From assembly GCF_044324875.1 (NCBI RefSeq), contig NZ_CP172185.1: a stretch of DNA of 64,000 nucleotides; one strand, written 5' to 3'. A program made the position numbers and the translations under genes. Source of the stretch: Escherichia coli (GTDB lineage Bacteria; Pseudomonadota; Gammaproteobacteria; Enterobacterales; Enterobacteriaceae). Under the pieces are notes generated by a model, which did not search any database, was not told the DNA's origin, and saw nothing but the letters and a program-made list of their open reading frames with translations. Shown here piece by piece: positions 11,397-22,988 of the stretch (its first letter is position 1; the number at the start of each line of letters is the position of its first letter).

Positions 11397-11453
11397 TTTG
11401 TTACGGAGTATGGTATGATGCGCGCCTTTTTATTGATCTAAGCACGAAGACCC

Positions 11454-12149
11454 ATGCGAATTCTGGCTATCGATACCGCGACAGAGGCCTGCTCTGTCGC
11501 CCTGTGGAACGACGGTACTGTCAACGCTCATTTTGAGCTTTGCCCTCGTGAACATACTCAACGAATCTTACCGATGGTGCAGGATATCCTGACCACCAGC
11601 GGAACTTCCCTGACTGATATTAACGCTCTGGCTTACGGGCGCGGCCCTGGTAGCTTTACCGGCGTGCGCATTGGTATTGGTATTGCGCAGGGGCTGGCGC
11701 TTGGCGCGGATCTGCCGATGATTGGCGTTTCCACGCTCATGACCATGGCGCAAGGGGCGTGGCGCAAAAACGGCGTAACCCGCGTGCTGGCAGCCATTGA
11801 CGCGCGAATGGGGGAAGTTTACTGGGCCGAATATCAGCGCGATGAAAACGGCGTCTGGCACGGCGAAGAAACAGAAGCCGTACTGAAACCAGAACTCGTT
11901 CATGAACGGTTGCAACAGCTTTCCGGCGAATGGGTAACCGTGGGTACGGGCTGGCAAGCCTGGCCGGATCTCGGTAAAGAGAGCGGGTTGGCCCTGCGCG
12001 ATGGCGATGTGTTACTGCCTGCCGCCGAAGATATGCTGCCGATTGCCTGCCAGATGTTTGCCGAGGGAAAAACCGTCGCGGTAGAACATGCCGAACCGGT
12101 TTATTTACGTAACAACGTCGCGTGGAAGAAACTTCCTGGCAAAGAATGA
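11454..12149 (+). CDS. tsaB: tRNA threonylcarbamoyladenosine biosynthesis protein TsaB (YeaZ)
   Basis: 231-aa [21 protein letters not shown]..., recognised as TsaB. Confidence 0.93.
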   Translation: MRILAIDTATEACSVALWNDGTVNAHFELCPREHTQRILPMVQDILTTSGTSLTDINALAYGRGPGSFTGVRIGIGIAQGLALGADLPMIGVSTLMTMAQGAWRKNGVTRVLAAIDARMGEVYWAEYQRDENGVWHGEETEAVLKPELVHERLQQLSGEWVTVGTGWQAWPDLGKESGLALRDGDVLLPAAEDMLPIACQMFAEGKTVAVEHAEPVYLRNNVAWKKLPGKE

Positions 12150-12187
12150 ATCTTAAGAGTATGCCCTGAGAAAAAAGGAGTCGCATC

Positions 12188-12769
12188 ATGGCGGTTCAAA
12201 AGAATGTTATCAAAGGCATACTGGCAGGTACGTTTGCGCTAATGCTGAGCGGTTGTGTTACTGTGCCGGACGCCATTAAAGGCAGCAGTCCCACGCCGCA
12301 ACAAGATTTAGTTCGGGTGATGAGTGCGCCGCAGCTGTACGTTGGTCAGGAGGCTCGCTTTGGTGGCAAAGTGGTTGCGGTACAAAACCAGCAAGGGAAA
12401 ACCCGCCTGGAAATTGCCACCGTACCACTGGACAGCGGAGCCAGACCGACGCTGGGAGAACCTTCTCGCGGTCGCATTTATGCTGATGTGAACGGTTTTC
12501 TGGACCCGGTAGATTTCCGTGGACAACTGGTTACGGTAGTCGGGCCAATCACCGGTGCGATTGACGGCAAAATCGGCAACACGCCCTATAAATTTATGGT
12601 GATGCAGGTAACGGGTTACAAACGTTGGCATTTAACCCAGCAGGTGATTATGCCGCCTCAGCCGATTGATCCATGGTTTTATGGCGGTCGTGGCTGGCCC
12701 TATGGCTACGGCGGATGGGGCTGGTATAATCCCGGCCCCGCGAGAGTACAAACAGTTGTAACTGAATAA
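12188..12769 (+). CDS. yeaY: Slp-family outer-membrane lipoprotein YeaY
   Basis: 193-aa ORF with signal peptide and lipobox (LMLSGC). Confidence 0.88.
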   Translation: MAVQKNVIKGILAGTFALMLSGCVTVPDAIKGSSPTPQQDLVRVMSAPQLYVGQEARFGGKVVAVQNQQGKTRLEIATVPLDSGARPTLGEPSRGRIYADVNGFLDPVDFRGQLVTVVGPITGAIDGKIGNTPYKFMVMQVTGYKRWHLTQQVIMPPQPIDPWFYGGRGWPYGYGGWGWYNPGPARVQTVVTE

Positions 12770-12792
12770 TTGCTTGTTTTTAAAGAAAAAGA

Positions 12793-12818
12793 AACAGCGG
12801 CTGGTCCGCTGTTTCTGC
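12793..12818 (+). terminator. Hairpin after yeaY (aaacagcgg ctggt ccgctgttt), possibly doubling as a distal FadR-like box
   Basis: Perfect 9-bp inverted repeat seen in sequence immediately 3' of the yeaY stop. Confidence 0.45.
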
Positions 12819-12884
12819 ATTCTTACGGTAAAGATAAAAATAAATAGTGACGCGCTTCGCAACCTTTTCGTTGGGTAATTATCA

Positions 12885-12901
12885 AGCTGGTATGATGAGT
12901 T
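12885..12901 (+). promoter_or_regulatory. Putative FadR operator in the fadD promoter (AGCTGGTATGATGAGTT)
   Basis: About 12 of 17 matches to the FadR consensus AACTGGTCNGACCTGTT, about 75 bp upstream of the fadD TTG start; fadD is a known FadR target. Confidence 0.45.
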
Positions 12902-12973
12902 AATATTATGTTAACGGCATGTATATCATTTGGGGTTGCGATGACGACGAACACGCATTTTAGAGGTGAAGAA

Positions 12974-14659
12974 TTGAAGAAGGTTTGGCTTAACCGTTAT
13001 CCCGCGGACGTTCCGACGGAGATCAACCCTGACCGTTATCAATCTCTGGTAGATATGTTTGAGCAGTCGGTCGCGCGCTACGCCGATCAGCCTGCGTTTG
13101 TGAATATGGGGGAGGTGATGACCTTCCGCAAGCTGGAAGAACGCAGTCGCGCGTTTGCCGCTTATTTGCAACAAGGGTTGGGGCTGAAGAAAGGCGATCG
13201 CGTTGCGTTGATGATGCCTAATTTATTGCAATATCCGGTGGCGCTGTTTGGCATTTTGCGTGCCGGGATGATTGTCGTAAACGTTAACCCGTTGTATACC
13301 CCGCGTGAACTTGAGCATCAGCTTAACGATAGCGGCGCATCGGCGATTGTTATCGTGTCTAACTTTGCCCACACTCTGGAAAAAGTGGTTGATAAAACCG
13401 CCGTTCAGCACGTAATTCTGACCCGTATGGGCGATCAGCTATCTACGGCAAAAGGCACGGTAGTCAATTTCGTTGTTAAATACATCAAGCGTCTGGTGCC
13501 GAAATACCATCTGCCAGATGCCATTTCATTTCGTAGCGCCCTGCACAACGGCTACCGGATGCAGTACGTCAAACCCGAACTGGTGCCGGAAGATTTAGCT
13601 TTCCTGCAATACACCGGCGGCACCACAGGTGTGGCGAAAGGCGCGATGCTGACTCACCGCAATATGCTGGCGAACCTGGAACAGGTTAACGCGACCTATG
13701 GTCCGCTGTTGCATCCGGGCAAAGAGCTGGTGGTGACGGCGCTGCCGCTGTATCACATTTTTGCACTGACCATTAACTGCCTGCTGTTTATCGAACTGGG
13801 TGGGCAGAACCTGCTTATCACTAACCCGCGCGATATTCCAGGGTTGGTAAAAGAGTTAGCGAAATATCCGTTTACCGCTATCACTGGCGTTAACACCTTG
13901 TTCAATGCGTTGCTGAACAATAAAGAGTTCCAGCAGCTGGATTTCTCCAGTCTGCATCTTTCCGCAGGCGGAGGGATGCCTGTTCAGCAAGTGGTGGCAG
14001 AACGTTGGGTGAAACTGACTGGACAGTATCTGCTGGAAGGTTATGGCCTGACCGAGTGTGCGCCGCTGGTCAGCGTTAACCCGTATGATATTGATTATCA
14101 TAGTGGTAGCATCGGTTTGCCGGTGCCGTCGACGGAAGCCAAACTGGTGGATGACGACGACAACGAAGTACCACCGGGTCAACCGGGTGAGCTTTGTGTC
14201 AAAGGACCGCAGGTGATGCTGGGTTACTGGCAGCGTCCGGATGCTACCGATGAGATCATCAAAAATGGCTGGTTACACACCGGCGACATCGCGGTGATGG
14301 ATGAAGAAGGATTCCTGCGCATTGTCGATCGTAAAAAAGACATGATTCTGGTTTCCGGTTTTAACGTCTATCCCAACGAGATTGAAGATGTCGTCATGCA
14401 GCATCCTGGAGTACAGGAAGTCGCGGCTGTTGGCGTACCTTCCGGCTCCAGTGGTGAAGCGGTGAAAATCTTCGTAGTGAAAAAAGATCCATCGCTTACC
14501 GAAGAGTCACTGGTGACTTTTTGCCGCCGTCAGCTCACGGGCTACAAAGTACCGAAGCTGGTGGAGTTTCGTGATGAGTTACCGAAATCTAACGTCGGAA
14601 AAATTTTGCGACGAGAATTACGTGACGAAGCGCGCGGCAAAGTGGACAATAAAGCCTGA
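12974..14659 (+). CDS. fadD: Long-chain-fatty-acid--CoA ligase (acyl-CoA synthetase)
   Basis: ORF 12908-14659; start assigned to TTG at 12974 ([14 protein letters not shown]...) to give 561 aa; AMP-binding motif ([12 protein letters not shown]) present. Confidence 0.93.
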
Positions 14660-14679
14660 GCGTTAAGTCAGTCGTCAGA

Positions 14680-14704
14680 CGCCGGTTAATCCGGCGTTTT
14701 TTTT
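14680..14704 (+). terminator. Rho-independent terminator of fadD (cgccgg ttaat ccggcg followed by T8)
   Basis: GC stem-loop followed by a run of eight T seen in sequence 20 bp after the fadD stop. Confidence 0.7.
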
Positions 14705-14728
14705 GACGCCCACTAAAGAGAATACAAT

Positions 14729-15856
14729 TTGAATTACCAAATGATTACCACGGACGATGCGCTGGCTTCTTTGTGTGAAGCCGTCCGTGCCTTTCCGGCG
14801 ATAGCCCTGGATACTGAATTTGTTCGTACGCGCACCTATTACCCGCAACTGGGTCTAATTCAACTTTTTGATGGTGAGCATCTGGCGCTAATTGATCCTC
14901 TCGGGATCTCCGACTGGTCACCGCTGAAAGCGATCCTGCGCGATCCGTCCATCACAAAATTTCTCCATGCGGGCAGTGAAGATCTGGAAGTGTTCCTCAA
15001 TGTCTTTGGCGAATTACCACAACCCTTGATTGACACGCAAATCCTTGCTGCCTTCTGCGGACGCCCGATGTCATGGGGTTTCGCTTCCATGGTGGAAGAG
15101 TATTCCGGCGTTACGCTGGACAAGAGTGAATCGCGCACCGACTGGCTGGCCAGACCGCTGACCGAACGTCAGTGTGAATACGCAGCGGCGGATGTCTGGT
15201 ATCTGTTACCGATCACCGCAAAGCTTATGGTAGAAACGGAGGCCTCCGGCTGGCTACCTGCGGCGCTGGATGAATGCCGCCTGATGCAAATGCGTCGTCA
15301 GGAAGTCGTTGCACCGGAAGATGCCTGGCGTGATATCACCAATGCCTGGCAGTTACGCACACGCCAACTGGCCTGTCTGCAACTGTTAGCCGACTGGCGA
15401 CTGCGCAAGGCGCGGGAGCGCGATCTGGCGGTGAACTTTGTCGTGCGTGAAGAGCATTTGTGGTCGGTAGCGCGTTATATGCCGGGAAGTTTAGGCGAAC
15501 TGGACAGCCTGGGCTTATCCGGTAGCGAAATCCGCTTTCACGGTAAAACGCTGCTGGCGCTGGTGGAAAAAGCGCAGACATTGCCGGAAGAGGCCTTACC
15601 GCAGCCGATGCTTAACCTGATGGACATGCCGGGTTATCGTAAAGCGTTTAAAGCGATTAAGTCGCTGATTACTGACGTGAGCGAAACGCACAAGATCAGC
15701 GCCGAATTGCTGGCATCGCGTCGGCAAATCAACCAACTGCTGAACTGGCACTGGAAACTGAAACCGCAGAACAATTTGCCGGAGCTGATTTCCGGCTGGC
15801 GTGGTGAGCTGATGGCGGAAGCATTACACAATTTATTGCAGGAATATCCGCAGTAA
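14729..15856 (+). CDS. rnd: Ribonuclease D
   Basis: 375-aa ORF beginning at TTG 14729 (MNYQMITTDDALASL...); 3'-5' exonuclease and HRDC regions. Confidence 0.92.
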   Translation: MNYQMITTDDALASLCEAVRAFPAIALDTEFVRTRTYYPQLGLIQLFDGEHLALIDPLGISDWSPLKAILRDPSITKFLHAGSEDLEVFLNVFGELPQPLIDTQILAAFCGRPMSWGFASMVEEYSGVTLDKSESRTDWLARPLTERQCEYAAADVWYLLPITAKLMVETEASGWLPAALDECRLMQMRRQEVVAPEDAWRDITNAWQLRTRQLACLQLLADWRLRKARERDLAVNFVVREEHLWSVARYMPGSLGELDSLGLSGSEIRFHGKTLLALVEKAQTLPEEALPQPMLNLMDMPGYRKAFKAIKSLITDVSETHKISAELLASRRQINQLLNWHWKLKPQNNLPELISGWRGELMAEALHNLLQEYPQ

Positions 15857-15862
15857 AATCTT

Positions 15863-15898
15863 CCGAAGCCGGACTGGGCGTGCTCAGTCCGGCTTCGG
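15863..15898. terminator. Bidirectional-type hairpin between convergent rnd and yeaX (ccgaagccggactg / cagtccggcttcgg)
   Basis: 14-bp perfect inverted repeat seen in sequence. Confidence 0.6.
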
Positions 15899-15902
15899 CA
15901 AA

Positions 15903-16868
15903 CTACAAATCCAACACCAGGCGTTTACCTTTCGCACGCGAACAACAGATCAACATACTTTGCTGGCTGGCACGCTCTTCATCGCTAAAATACTGATCCC
16001 GATGGTCAGCTTCACCTTCCAGTATTGCCGTTTCGCAGGTTCCGCATACCCCTTCACGACATAAACATTCCACTTTCGCTGCTTTATTATTTTCAATAAC
16101 CTGCAAAATAGTCATCTCTTCCGGCACCACAAACTCTTTACCGGAACGGGCAAGCACCAGGGTAAATGCATCGCCGGTTTTGTCTTCGATAGCAAATTGC
16201 TCAAAGTGCAGCGTATCGGCGGCGATGTCCAGACGCGCAGCTTCACTTCTTACCGCTTCATTTAGCGCCTCGGGGCCACAGGTATAAACATGTGTGCCAG
16301 GTTCGATATCCGCCAATAATCGCGCTAATTCCAGTCGTGTTCCGGTTGATGAATGATGCAAATGGACTTTCTCAGCCTGCGGATGCTGGACTAGCTCATC
16401 ACGAAATGCGCAACTTTCTGGATTTCGCGTGCAGTAATGTAGCTGCCAGTCGACGTCGCTGTGTTGCAACTCTGCCATGTGCGACAGGAAAGGGGTGATA
16501 CCAATGCCGCCCGCGATAAACAGATGCTTTCTGGCCGAGGGAATTAGCGCAAACAGGTTATTAGGCGTTGAAATCGTTAACCGATCGCCCACTTTTACCT
16601 GCTGATGTAAAAAGCGTGAACCGCCGCGCGAGTTTTCTTCCAGCCGAACGGCAATCTGATAACTAGAGGTGTCATGCGGCGAGCTCAGGAGTGAATAAGC
16701 ATTGCTGTACTGGTTATCACCATCGCTCATCTGCACAATGATGTGACTTCCTCCGGTAAACGCAGGTAATGGTTTGCCATCGGTTGCCACCAGCGTGAAG
16801 CGTTTCACCTGTTCGGTAAGCGGTTCAACCTGGCTCACCTGTACTTCAAACATTTGATAGTCTGACAT
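15903..16868 (-). CDS. yeaX: Carnitine monooxygenase reductase subunit (ferredoxin-NAD reductase with 2Fe-2S domain), YeaX
   Basis: 321-aa ORF; flavin/NAD-binding region plus C-terminal 2Fe-2S ferredoxin cysteines (CREGVCGTCE). Confidence 0.9.
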   Translation of the reverse strand: MSDYQMFEVQVSQVEPLTEQVKRFTLVATDGKPLPAFTGGSHIIVQMSDGDNQYSNAYSLLSSPHDTSSYQIAVRLEENSRGGSRFLHQQVKVGDRLTISTPNNLFALIPSARKHLFIAGGIGITPFLSHMAELQHSDVDWQLHYCTRNPESCAFRDELVQHPQAEKVHLHHSSTGTRLELARLLADIEPGTHVYTCGPEALNEAVRSEAARLDIAADTLHFEQFAIEDKTGDAFTLVLARSGKEFVVPEEMTILQVIENNKAAKVECLCREGVCGTCETAILEGEADHRDQYFSDEERASQQSMLICCSRAKGKRLVLDL

Positions 16869-16923
16869 TGCTGTACTCCATCAAAAATCAGCCCAGCGGC
16901 GGAAAATACCGCCGCCGATGTCA

Positions 16924-18048
16924 TTAGTCCTTAAACACCTGCGCCAGCAGATTATGGAAATGGGCGATACCATGTTCGGAAATTCCGCTACCGCTACTGT
17001 CGGCCATGATGCGCCCCTGACCACGATAGCCACGCGATTTCAGCCCTTTCTGTACGCTTTCAACCAGACGTAAATCTTCCGGACGGAACACATCGCGATA
17101 CCATTCAATCAGCGATTTTTGCTCGTCGGTTAACTCTTCATTGGTGAAGTAAATATCGTAGTTTTGCAGGGTAGTTTCAGAATCCACCGGGAATTCATAA
17201 ATGACCGTCATCATCCCTTTGATTGGGGTGACGTTCAGCATCGTGCACGGCCACAGCCAGAAACCGTGGAATGCCGCATCCGTGCCCTCTTCGAATTTGA
17301 AAGACTGTTCTGACGGTTTGGCGAAACCGTATTGCAGCGTCCAGTTACCGTGCATGGTGTGCCAGTAACGATCAACCTGAACGGAGTCGGAGAAACCTGG
17401 ATGCGCCGGACCACAGTGATAGCACTCGAGATAGTTATCGACAATGTTCTTCCAGTTGGCAGGCGTGCGGGTGGTAAAGCGGGCCGCCAGTTTCAGATCG
17501 TGGACTTCCGGGCAGGCTTCCAGCACTTTCGCGCCCAGACCGGGTAACTGATCTTCTACGCTGGTGGCGTTAGGGTCCATGTTGATGAAGACGAATCCGG
17601 CATATTCTTCCAGACGCACCGGAACCAGTTGCGCTTTGTCGCTATCGAAATTGGCGACGTTTTCGCAGTTACGTGCATGGGCCAGGTTGCCATCGAGTTT
17701 GAATGCCCATGCGTGATACGGGCAGGTAATCACATTTTTCGCTTTCCCTTCGCCGCTCAACAACTGATGACCACGGTGCGGACACACGTTATAGAACGCG
17801 CGCAAAACCTTATCACGACCGCGTACCAGCACAATGCTTTCGCCAATGATCTCACGCGTCACATAATCATTGGCATTCGCCAGTTCGCTGCTGTGAGCGA
17901 CGCAAATCCAGCTTTTGGCGAAGACGTTCTCTTTTTCGTGTTCAAAGGCGTTCTGATCGGTATAAAAACGGGCAGGAATGGTCCACGCCTCTTGCGGGTT
18001 AGCGCAAAAATTTTCGGGTAGTACAAAGTCAGGGCTCAGATTGCTCAT
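16924..18048 (-). CDS. yeaW: Carnitine monooxygenase oxygenase subunit (Rieske 2Fe-2S), YeaW
   Basis: ORF 16924-18168; start placed at MSNLSPDFVLPEN... to give 374 aa and avoid overlap with yeaV; Rieske motif CPHRGHQ...CPYHAW present. Confidence 0.9.
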   Translation of the reverse strand: MSNLSPDFVLPENFCANPQEAWTIPARFYTDQNAFEHEKENVFAKSWICVAHSSELANANDYVTREIIGESIVLVRGRDKVLRAFYNVCPHRGHQLLSGEGKAKNVITCPYHAWAFKLDGNLAHARNCENVANFDSDKAQLVPVRLEEYAGFVFINMDPNATSVEDQLPGLGAKVLEACPEVHDLKLAARFTTRTPANWKNIVDNYLECYHCGPAHPGFSDSVQVDRYWHTMHGNWTLQYGFAKPSEQSFKFEEGTDAAFHGFWLWPCTMLNVTPIKGMMTVIYEFPVDSETTLQNYDIYFTNEELTDEQKSLIEWYRDVFRPEDLRLVESVQKGLKSRGYRGQGRIMADSSGSGISEHGIAHFHNLLAQVFKD

Positions 18049-18079
18049 AGGGATACCTTTATCGTTAGGATGATGGCGC

Positions 18080-19690
18080 TCAGTTGTCGCCTTTGAATAC
18101 GGTTCCCGCAGGGAGCACTGGCGTTTTTTCCAGGACTTCAACCGGTGTCTGCGGGAGATAATGTTCAACTTGATGAGCCGGAATGTCGGCGTAATCCTGT
18201 TTCAGCCAGCGAATAAATCCGCCGACTTTCACCAGTAAAATGACGAGGAACGGAAGGGCTGTGAGTACGACGGTGGTTTTCATCGTTTCCAGCGACGCGC
18301 CAGTGAAAAGAATTGAAAGCGGGATCAGGGTAATTACCACGCACCAGAAAAGACGCAGCCCACGGTCAGGATCGTCACCTTCCTGGAGATTACGCGTACT
18401 GGTTGCCGCCATGGTGTAGGCCACCGCATCCATATGCGAGGCAAGGAAAATAATCATCACGCCCAGGTATGCGGCGAGGAACAATTTACCGGCTGGCAAC
18501 GACATCAGAACTTGCTGCACAGCTGTCTCGCCGCCCAGTGTTTCCAGCACCTGTGGGACGTTGATTACACCATTGATAAACTGGTGAATGGCATAGCTTT
18601 CCATTACGCCGAAGAAGAACCAGCAACCGACGGTGCTGCCGAGGATCAGTCCCCAGATAACTTCTTTAATCTTACGACCGCGGGAAACGCGGGTGACAAA
18701 CATTGCTACGCCAGGCGTGTATGAGATCCACCACAGCCAGTAGAAAACGGTCCAGTTGCGGGTAAATGAACCATCGCCAAGCGGATCGGTGAATAAGCTC
18801 ATTTGCAGGAAGTTTTGCGTGGTCAGGCCGATGGCATTGATGATGCTGTTGGTAATAAATTCGGTTGGACCGACAATCAGCACCAGTAATGGCAGCAGGA
18901 ACGCGCCCCAGCCAACCATTTTGCTCAGACGTTGCAAACCGTTGTTGATACCAATCCACGAGCTTAGGCAAAAAATGCCGCCGGAAAGCAGTATCACAAA
19001 TGCCTGCACGGTGAAGTTATCGGGTAAACCGGTCAGCGCGGAAAGCCCACGAGTAAAGGTTGCTGCGGTAACAACAAGGGAAATGGTCAGCGCACCGACA
19101 GTGGCGATCAGGAACATCAAATCGACCAGTTTTCCCCACGGGCCTTGCGGGCGAACGCCGGTAATCGCGGCAATAATGCCGGAAAGGCTCAGACCTTTGT
19201 TTTTCCGCACATGAAAGTGATAAGCCATGATTAATGAGGCCAGCGTATAAGTTGCCCAGGCGCTGATGCCCCAGTGGAAGAAGGAGTAAGGGACGCTAAA
19301 TTCGAGTGCCTGTTGTGAACGCGGTGCGATATTTAATCCAGGTGTTTGATAATAATAGGCCCATTCAGCAACCCCCCAATAAAGCGTAGAAGAACCTAAA
19401 CCGGCACAAATAAACATAAACAGCCAGGAGAGCGTGCTGTATTCCGGTTTTCCTTCGCCAAGACGAATATTGCCGTATTTACTGGTGGCTAAATAAATCA
19501 CCAGTCCCATTGCCAGCAAAACCAATACCTGTACGGCGGAACCTAACGTACGCGTAACAAAAGTGTATATAGCGTTGGCCGCGTCGGCCGATTGTTGTGG
19601 GAAAAGGCTTAATGCAGCTGCGATGAAAAGAATGGCCACCAGGCTGATGCTTATCAACGGCACATCTTTTTTCTTAACATTGCTCATCAT
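18080..19690 (-). CDS. yeaV: BCCT-family transporter YeaV (betaine/carnitine/choline type)
   Basis: 536-aa ORF, multi-pass membrane protein; the N-terminal region resembles the CaiT N-terminus so the long ORF is kept; a shorter TTG-initiated form (481 aa) is possible. Confidence 0.85.
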   Translation of the reverse strand: MMSNVKKKDVPLISISLVAILFIAAALSLFPQQSADAANAIYTFVTRTLGSAVQVLVLLAMGLVIYLATSKYGNIRLGEGKPEYSTLSWLFMFICAGLGSSTLYWGVAEWAYYYQTPGLNIAPRSQQALEFSVPYSFFHWGISAWATYTLASLIMAYHFHVRKNKGLSLSGIIAAITGVRPQGPWGKLVDLMFLIATVGALTISLVVTAATFTRGLSALTGLPDNFTVQAFVILLSGGIFCLSSWIGINNGLQRLSKMVGWGAFLLPLLVLIVGPTEFITNSIINAIGLTTQNFLQMSLFTDPLGDGSFTRNWTVFYWLWWISYTPGVAMFVTRVSRGRKIKEVIWGLILGSTVGCWFFFGVMESYAIHQFINGVINVPQVLETLGGETAVQQVLMSLPAGKLFLAAYLGVMIIFLASHMDAVAYTMAATSTRNLQEGDDPDRGLRLFWCVVITLIPLSILFTGASLETMKTTVVLTALPFLVILLVKVGGFIRWLKQDYADIPAHQVEHYLPQTPVEVLEKTPVLPAGTVFKGDN

Positions 19691-19892
19691 GAGTCATCTC
19701 CTGGGCATAAAAGCCCGTCTCTGGCTTTTGCCAGTTGTAATTATTTGCAGGGTATGAGTTGTATGTTGTGTTTAACAAATTTATTATTTACATGTTACAT
19801 AAATTAAACAATTAAGAATACGGAAAGCCATAAAACACGAAACGGAAACAATAAAAGGTGAAATGACGCAGGTTATTTACTGCAAAGAACGA

Positions 19893-19920
19893 ATAAAAAA
19901 ACCGCGTCAGTGACGCGGTT
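19893..19920 (-). terminator. Rho-independent terminator of dmlA (hairpin accgcgtcagtgacgcggt with T-run on the minus strand)
   Basis: Stem-loop with flanking A7 on the plus strand, directly 3' of the dmlA stop. Confidence 0.6.
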
Positions 19921-19939
19921 CAAATAAACTGGTTTGACC

Positions 19940-21025
19940 TTAACGCAAAATAATTTTGCAAATCGCGTCGGCAACCTGTGGCGTGGTGGCATTGCCTTTC
20001 ATATCAGGTGTTTTCGGCCCGTGAGCAATCACTTCTTCAATCGCGGCCAGAATACCGTTATGCGCTTGCTGGAAACGCTCATCGCCATTGCCGAGAAAAT
20101 CGAGCATCATTGCACCAGCCCAAATTGTGGCGATAGGGTTAGCAATGTTTTTCCCGTAGATATCCGGCGCGGAACCGTGGACTGGCTCGAAGAGCGACGG
20201 GAAAGTGCGTTCCGGATTCAGGTTGGCGGATGGGGCAATGCCAATGGTGCCGGTGCAGGCCGGGCCAAGATCGGAAAGGATATCGCCAAACAAATTGGAC
20301 GCCACTACCACATCGAAGCGTTCCGGCTGCATCACAAAACGTGCGCAAAGAATGTCAATATGCTGCTTGTCCCAGCGGATCTCCGGGTAATTCTCAGCCA
20401 TTGCTTCCACTCGCTCATCCCAGTACGGCATGCTGATGGCTAAACCGTTCGATTTAGTGGCAGAAGTTAGCGTCTTACGTGGGCGGCTTTGCGCAAGTTC
20501 AAAGGCATAGCGCAAAATGCGATCGACACCACGACGCGTAAATACCGATTCCTGAATGACGACTTCATGCTCTGTACCTTCATTCACTCTGCCGCCGAGC
20601 GAGGAATATTCGCCTTCGGTGTTTTCCCTGACCACGTAAAAATCGATGTCGCCAGGCTGTTTTCCCGCCAGCGGGCAGGGAACGCCAGGAAAGAGACGAA
20701 CCGGGCGCAGGTTGACGTACTGGTCGAATTCACGACGAAATTTCAGCAGCGAACCCCACAACGAAATATGGTCCGGAACGGTATCCGGCCAGCCGACGGC
20801 ACCAAAATAGATGGCGTCGAAACGGCTAAGTTGCTCATGCCAGTCGTCCGGCATCATTTTACCGTGATGGCTGTAATACTCGCAGCTCGCCCACTCCACT
20901 TGCTCAAAACTCAAGGCGAAGCCCCAGCGCTCAGCGGCAGCCTGTAACACGCGAATCCCTTCAGGAAGGACTTCTTTGCCAATCCCGTCTCCCGGGATCG
21001 CAGCAATACGCATCGTTTTCATCAT
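19940..21025 (-). CDS. dmlA: D-malate dehydrogenase (decarboxylating)
   Basis: 361-aa ORF of the isocitrate/isopropylmalate dehydrogenase family (MMKTMRIAAIPGDGIGKEV...). Confidence 0.93.
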   Translation of the reverse strand: MMKTMRIAAIPGDGIGKEVLPEGIRVLQAAAERWGFALSFEQVEWASCEYYSHHGKMMPDDWHEQLSRFDAIYFGAVGWPDTVPDHISLWGSLLKFRREFDQYVNLRPVRLFPGVPCPLAGKQPGDIDFYVVRENTEGEYSSLGGRVNEGTEHEVVIQESVFTRRGVDRILRYAFELAQSRPRKTLTSATKSNGLAISMPYWDERVEAMAENYPEIRWDKQHIDILCARFVMQPERFDVVVASNLFGDILSDLGPACTGTIGIAPSANLNPERTFPSLFEPVHGSAPDIYGKNIANPIATIWAGAMMLDFLGNGDERFQQAHNGILAAIEEVIAHGPKTPDMKGNATTPQVADAICKIILR

Positions 21026-21127
21026 TGGGTTCTCACTTCCTGACCATCAAAATTGACAATACCCTCATCCTATAATTGACTGAAAAGGAATTAATCCCCG
21101 TAACTGGTGAAACATAAAACACGAATC

Positions 21128-22051
21128 ATGAATAATTTACCGCTGCTGAACGATTTGCGCGTCTTTATGCTGGTAGCTCGCCGGGCTGGTTTTGCCGCCG
21201 TGGCGGAAGAACTGGGCGTTTCACCGGCGTTCGTCAGCAAGCGCATCGCCTTGCTGGAGCAAACGCTAAACGTGGTGTTGTTACACCGCACCACCCGCCG
21301 CGTCACCATTACCGAAGAAGGAGAGCGGATTTATGAATGGGCGCAGCGGATTTTGCAGGATGTCGGTCAAATGATGGACGAACTTTCTGACGTGCGTCAG
21401 GTGCCGCAGGGGATGCTGCGTATTATCAGCAGCTTTGGTTTTGGACGACAGGTAGTGGCTCCGGCGTTATCAGCGCTGGTGAAGGCGTATCCGCAACTGG
21501 AATTACGTTTTGATGTGGAAGACCGGTTGGTCGATTTGGTCAATGAAGGTGTCGATCTCGATATTCGCATTGGCGATGATATCGCCCCTAATTTAATCGC
21601 CCGCAAACTGGCGACTAATTACCGCATTCTCTGCGCGTCGCCGGAATTTATTGCGCAACATGGCGCGCCGAAACATTTAACCGATCTTTCTGCATTGCCG
21701 TGCCTGGTCATTAAAGAGCGCGATCATCCTTTTGGTGTCTGGCAATTACGCAATAAAGAAGGCCACCATGCGATTAAAGTTACCGGCCCACTGTCGTCTA
21801 ATCATGGAGAAATTGTCCATCAGTGGTGTCTCGATGGGCAGGGGATTGCTCTGCGCTCCTGGTGGGATGTTAGCGAAAACATTGCCAGTGGTCATTTAGT
21901 ACAAGTGCTACCGGAATATTACCAGCCAGCGAACGTCTGGGCCGTTTATGTTTCAAGGCTGGCGACGTCAGCGAAAGTGCGGATAACGGTAGAATTTTTA
22001 CGCCAGTATTTTGCCGAGCACTACCCGAATTTTTCACTGGAGCATGCCTGA
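21128..22051 (+). CDS. dmlR: LysR-family transcriptional regulator DmlR (YeaT)
   Basis: ORF 21107-22051; start placed at MNNLPLLNDLRVF... to give 307 aa; LysR HTH N-terminus; divergent from dmlA. Confidence 0.9.
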   Translation: MNNLPLLNDLRVFMLVARRAGFAAVAEELGVSPAFVSKRIALLEQTLNVVLLHRTTRRVTITEEGERIYEWAQRILQDVGQMMDELSDVRQVPQGMLRIISSFGFGRQVVAPALSALVKAYPQLELRFDVEDRLVDLVNEGVDLDIRIGDDIAPNLIARKLATNYRILCASPEFIAQHGAPKHLTDLSALPCLVIKERDHPFGVWQLRNKEGHHAIKVTGPLSSNHGEIVHQWCLDGQGIALRSWWDVSENIASGHLVQVLPEYYQPANVWAVYVSRLATSAKVRITVEFLRQYFAEHYPNFSLEHA

Positions 22052-22108
22052 TTAATGATTCAATTATCGGGTTGATATCGGGTTAAAACCTGATTTTCTC
22101 CTTTCTAA

Positions 22109-22816
<708 letters not shown>

Positions 22817-22823
22817 TACTTTC

Positions 22824-22843
22824 AGCCCGCGTTGTCGCGGGCT
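22824..22843 (+). terminator. Possible terminator hairpin after leuE (agcccgcg ttgt cgcgggct)
   Basis: 8-bp inverted repeat seen in sequence; weak T tract. Confidence 0.35.
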
Positions 22844-22898
22844 TCCCATCTGTAATCCTCCCTGATTCTTCTCTGATATGGTGCTAAAAAGTAACCAA

Positions 22899-22922
22899 TA
22901 AATGGTATTTAAAATGCAAATT
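22899..22922 (+). promoter_or_regulatory. yeaR-yoaG promoter region with putative NsrR operator (aaatggtatttaaaatgcaaatta)
   Basis: AT-rich imperfect palindrome about 70 bp upstream of the yeaR ATG; yeaR-yoaG is a known NsrR/NarL-regulated operon; site assignment is an inference. Confidence 0.4.
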
Positions 22923-22988
22923 ATCAGGCGTACCCTGAAACGGCTGGAATAAACCATTTTCAGCGCATTCACCGAAGGAGGGAAAAGG

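Noticed and set aside
16924-18168. N-terminal extensions of several ORFs as given by the ORF track (yeaW, yeaJ, dgcP, ansA, sppA, gapA, msrB and others)
   Set aside because: The longest-ORF starts overlap neighbouring genes or add unconserved leaders; internal ATG/GTG/TTG starts that reproduce the recalled E. coli protein lengths were preferred. These remain unverified without alignment.
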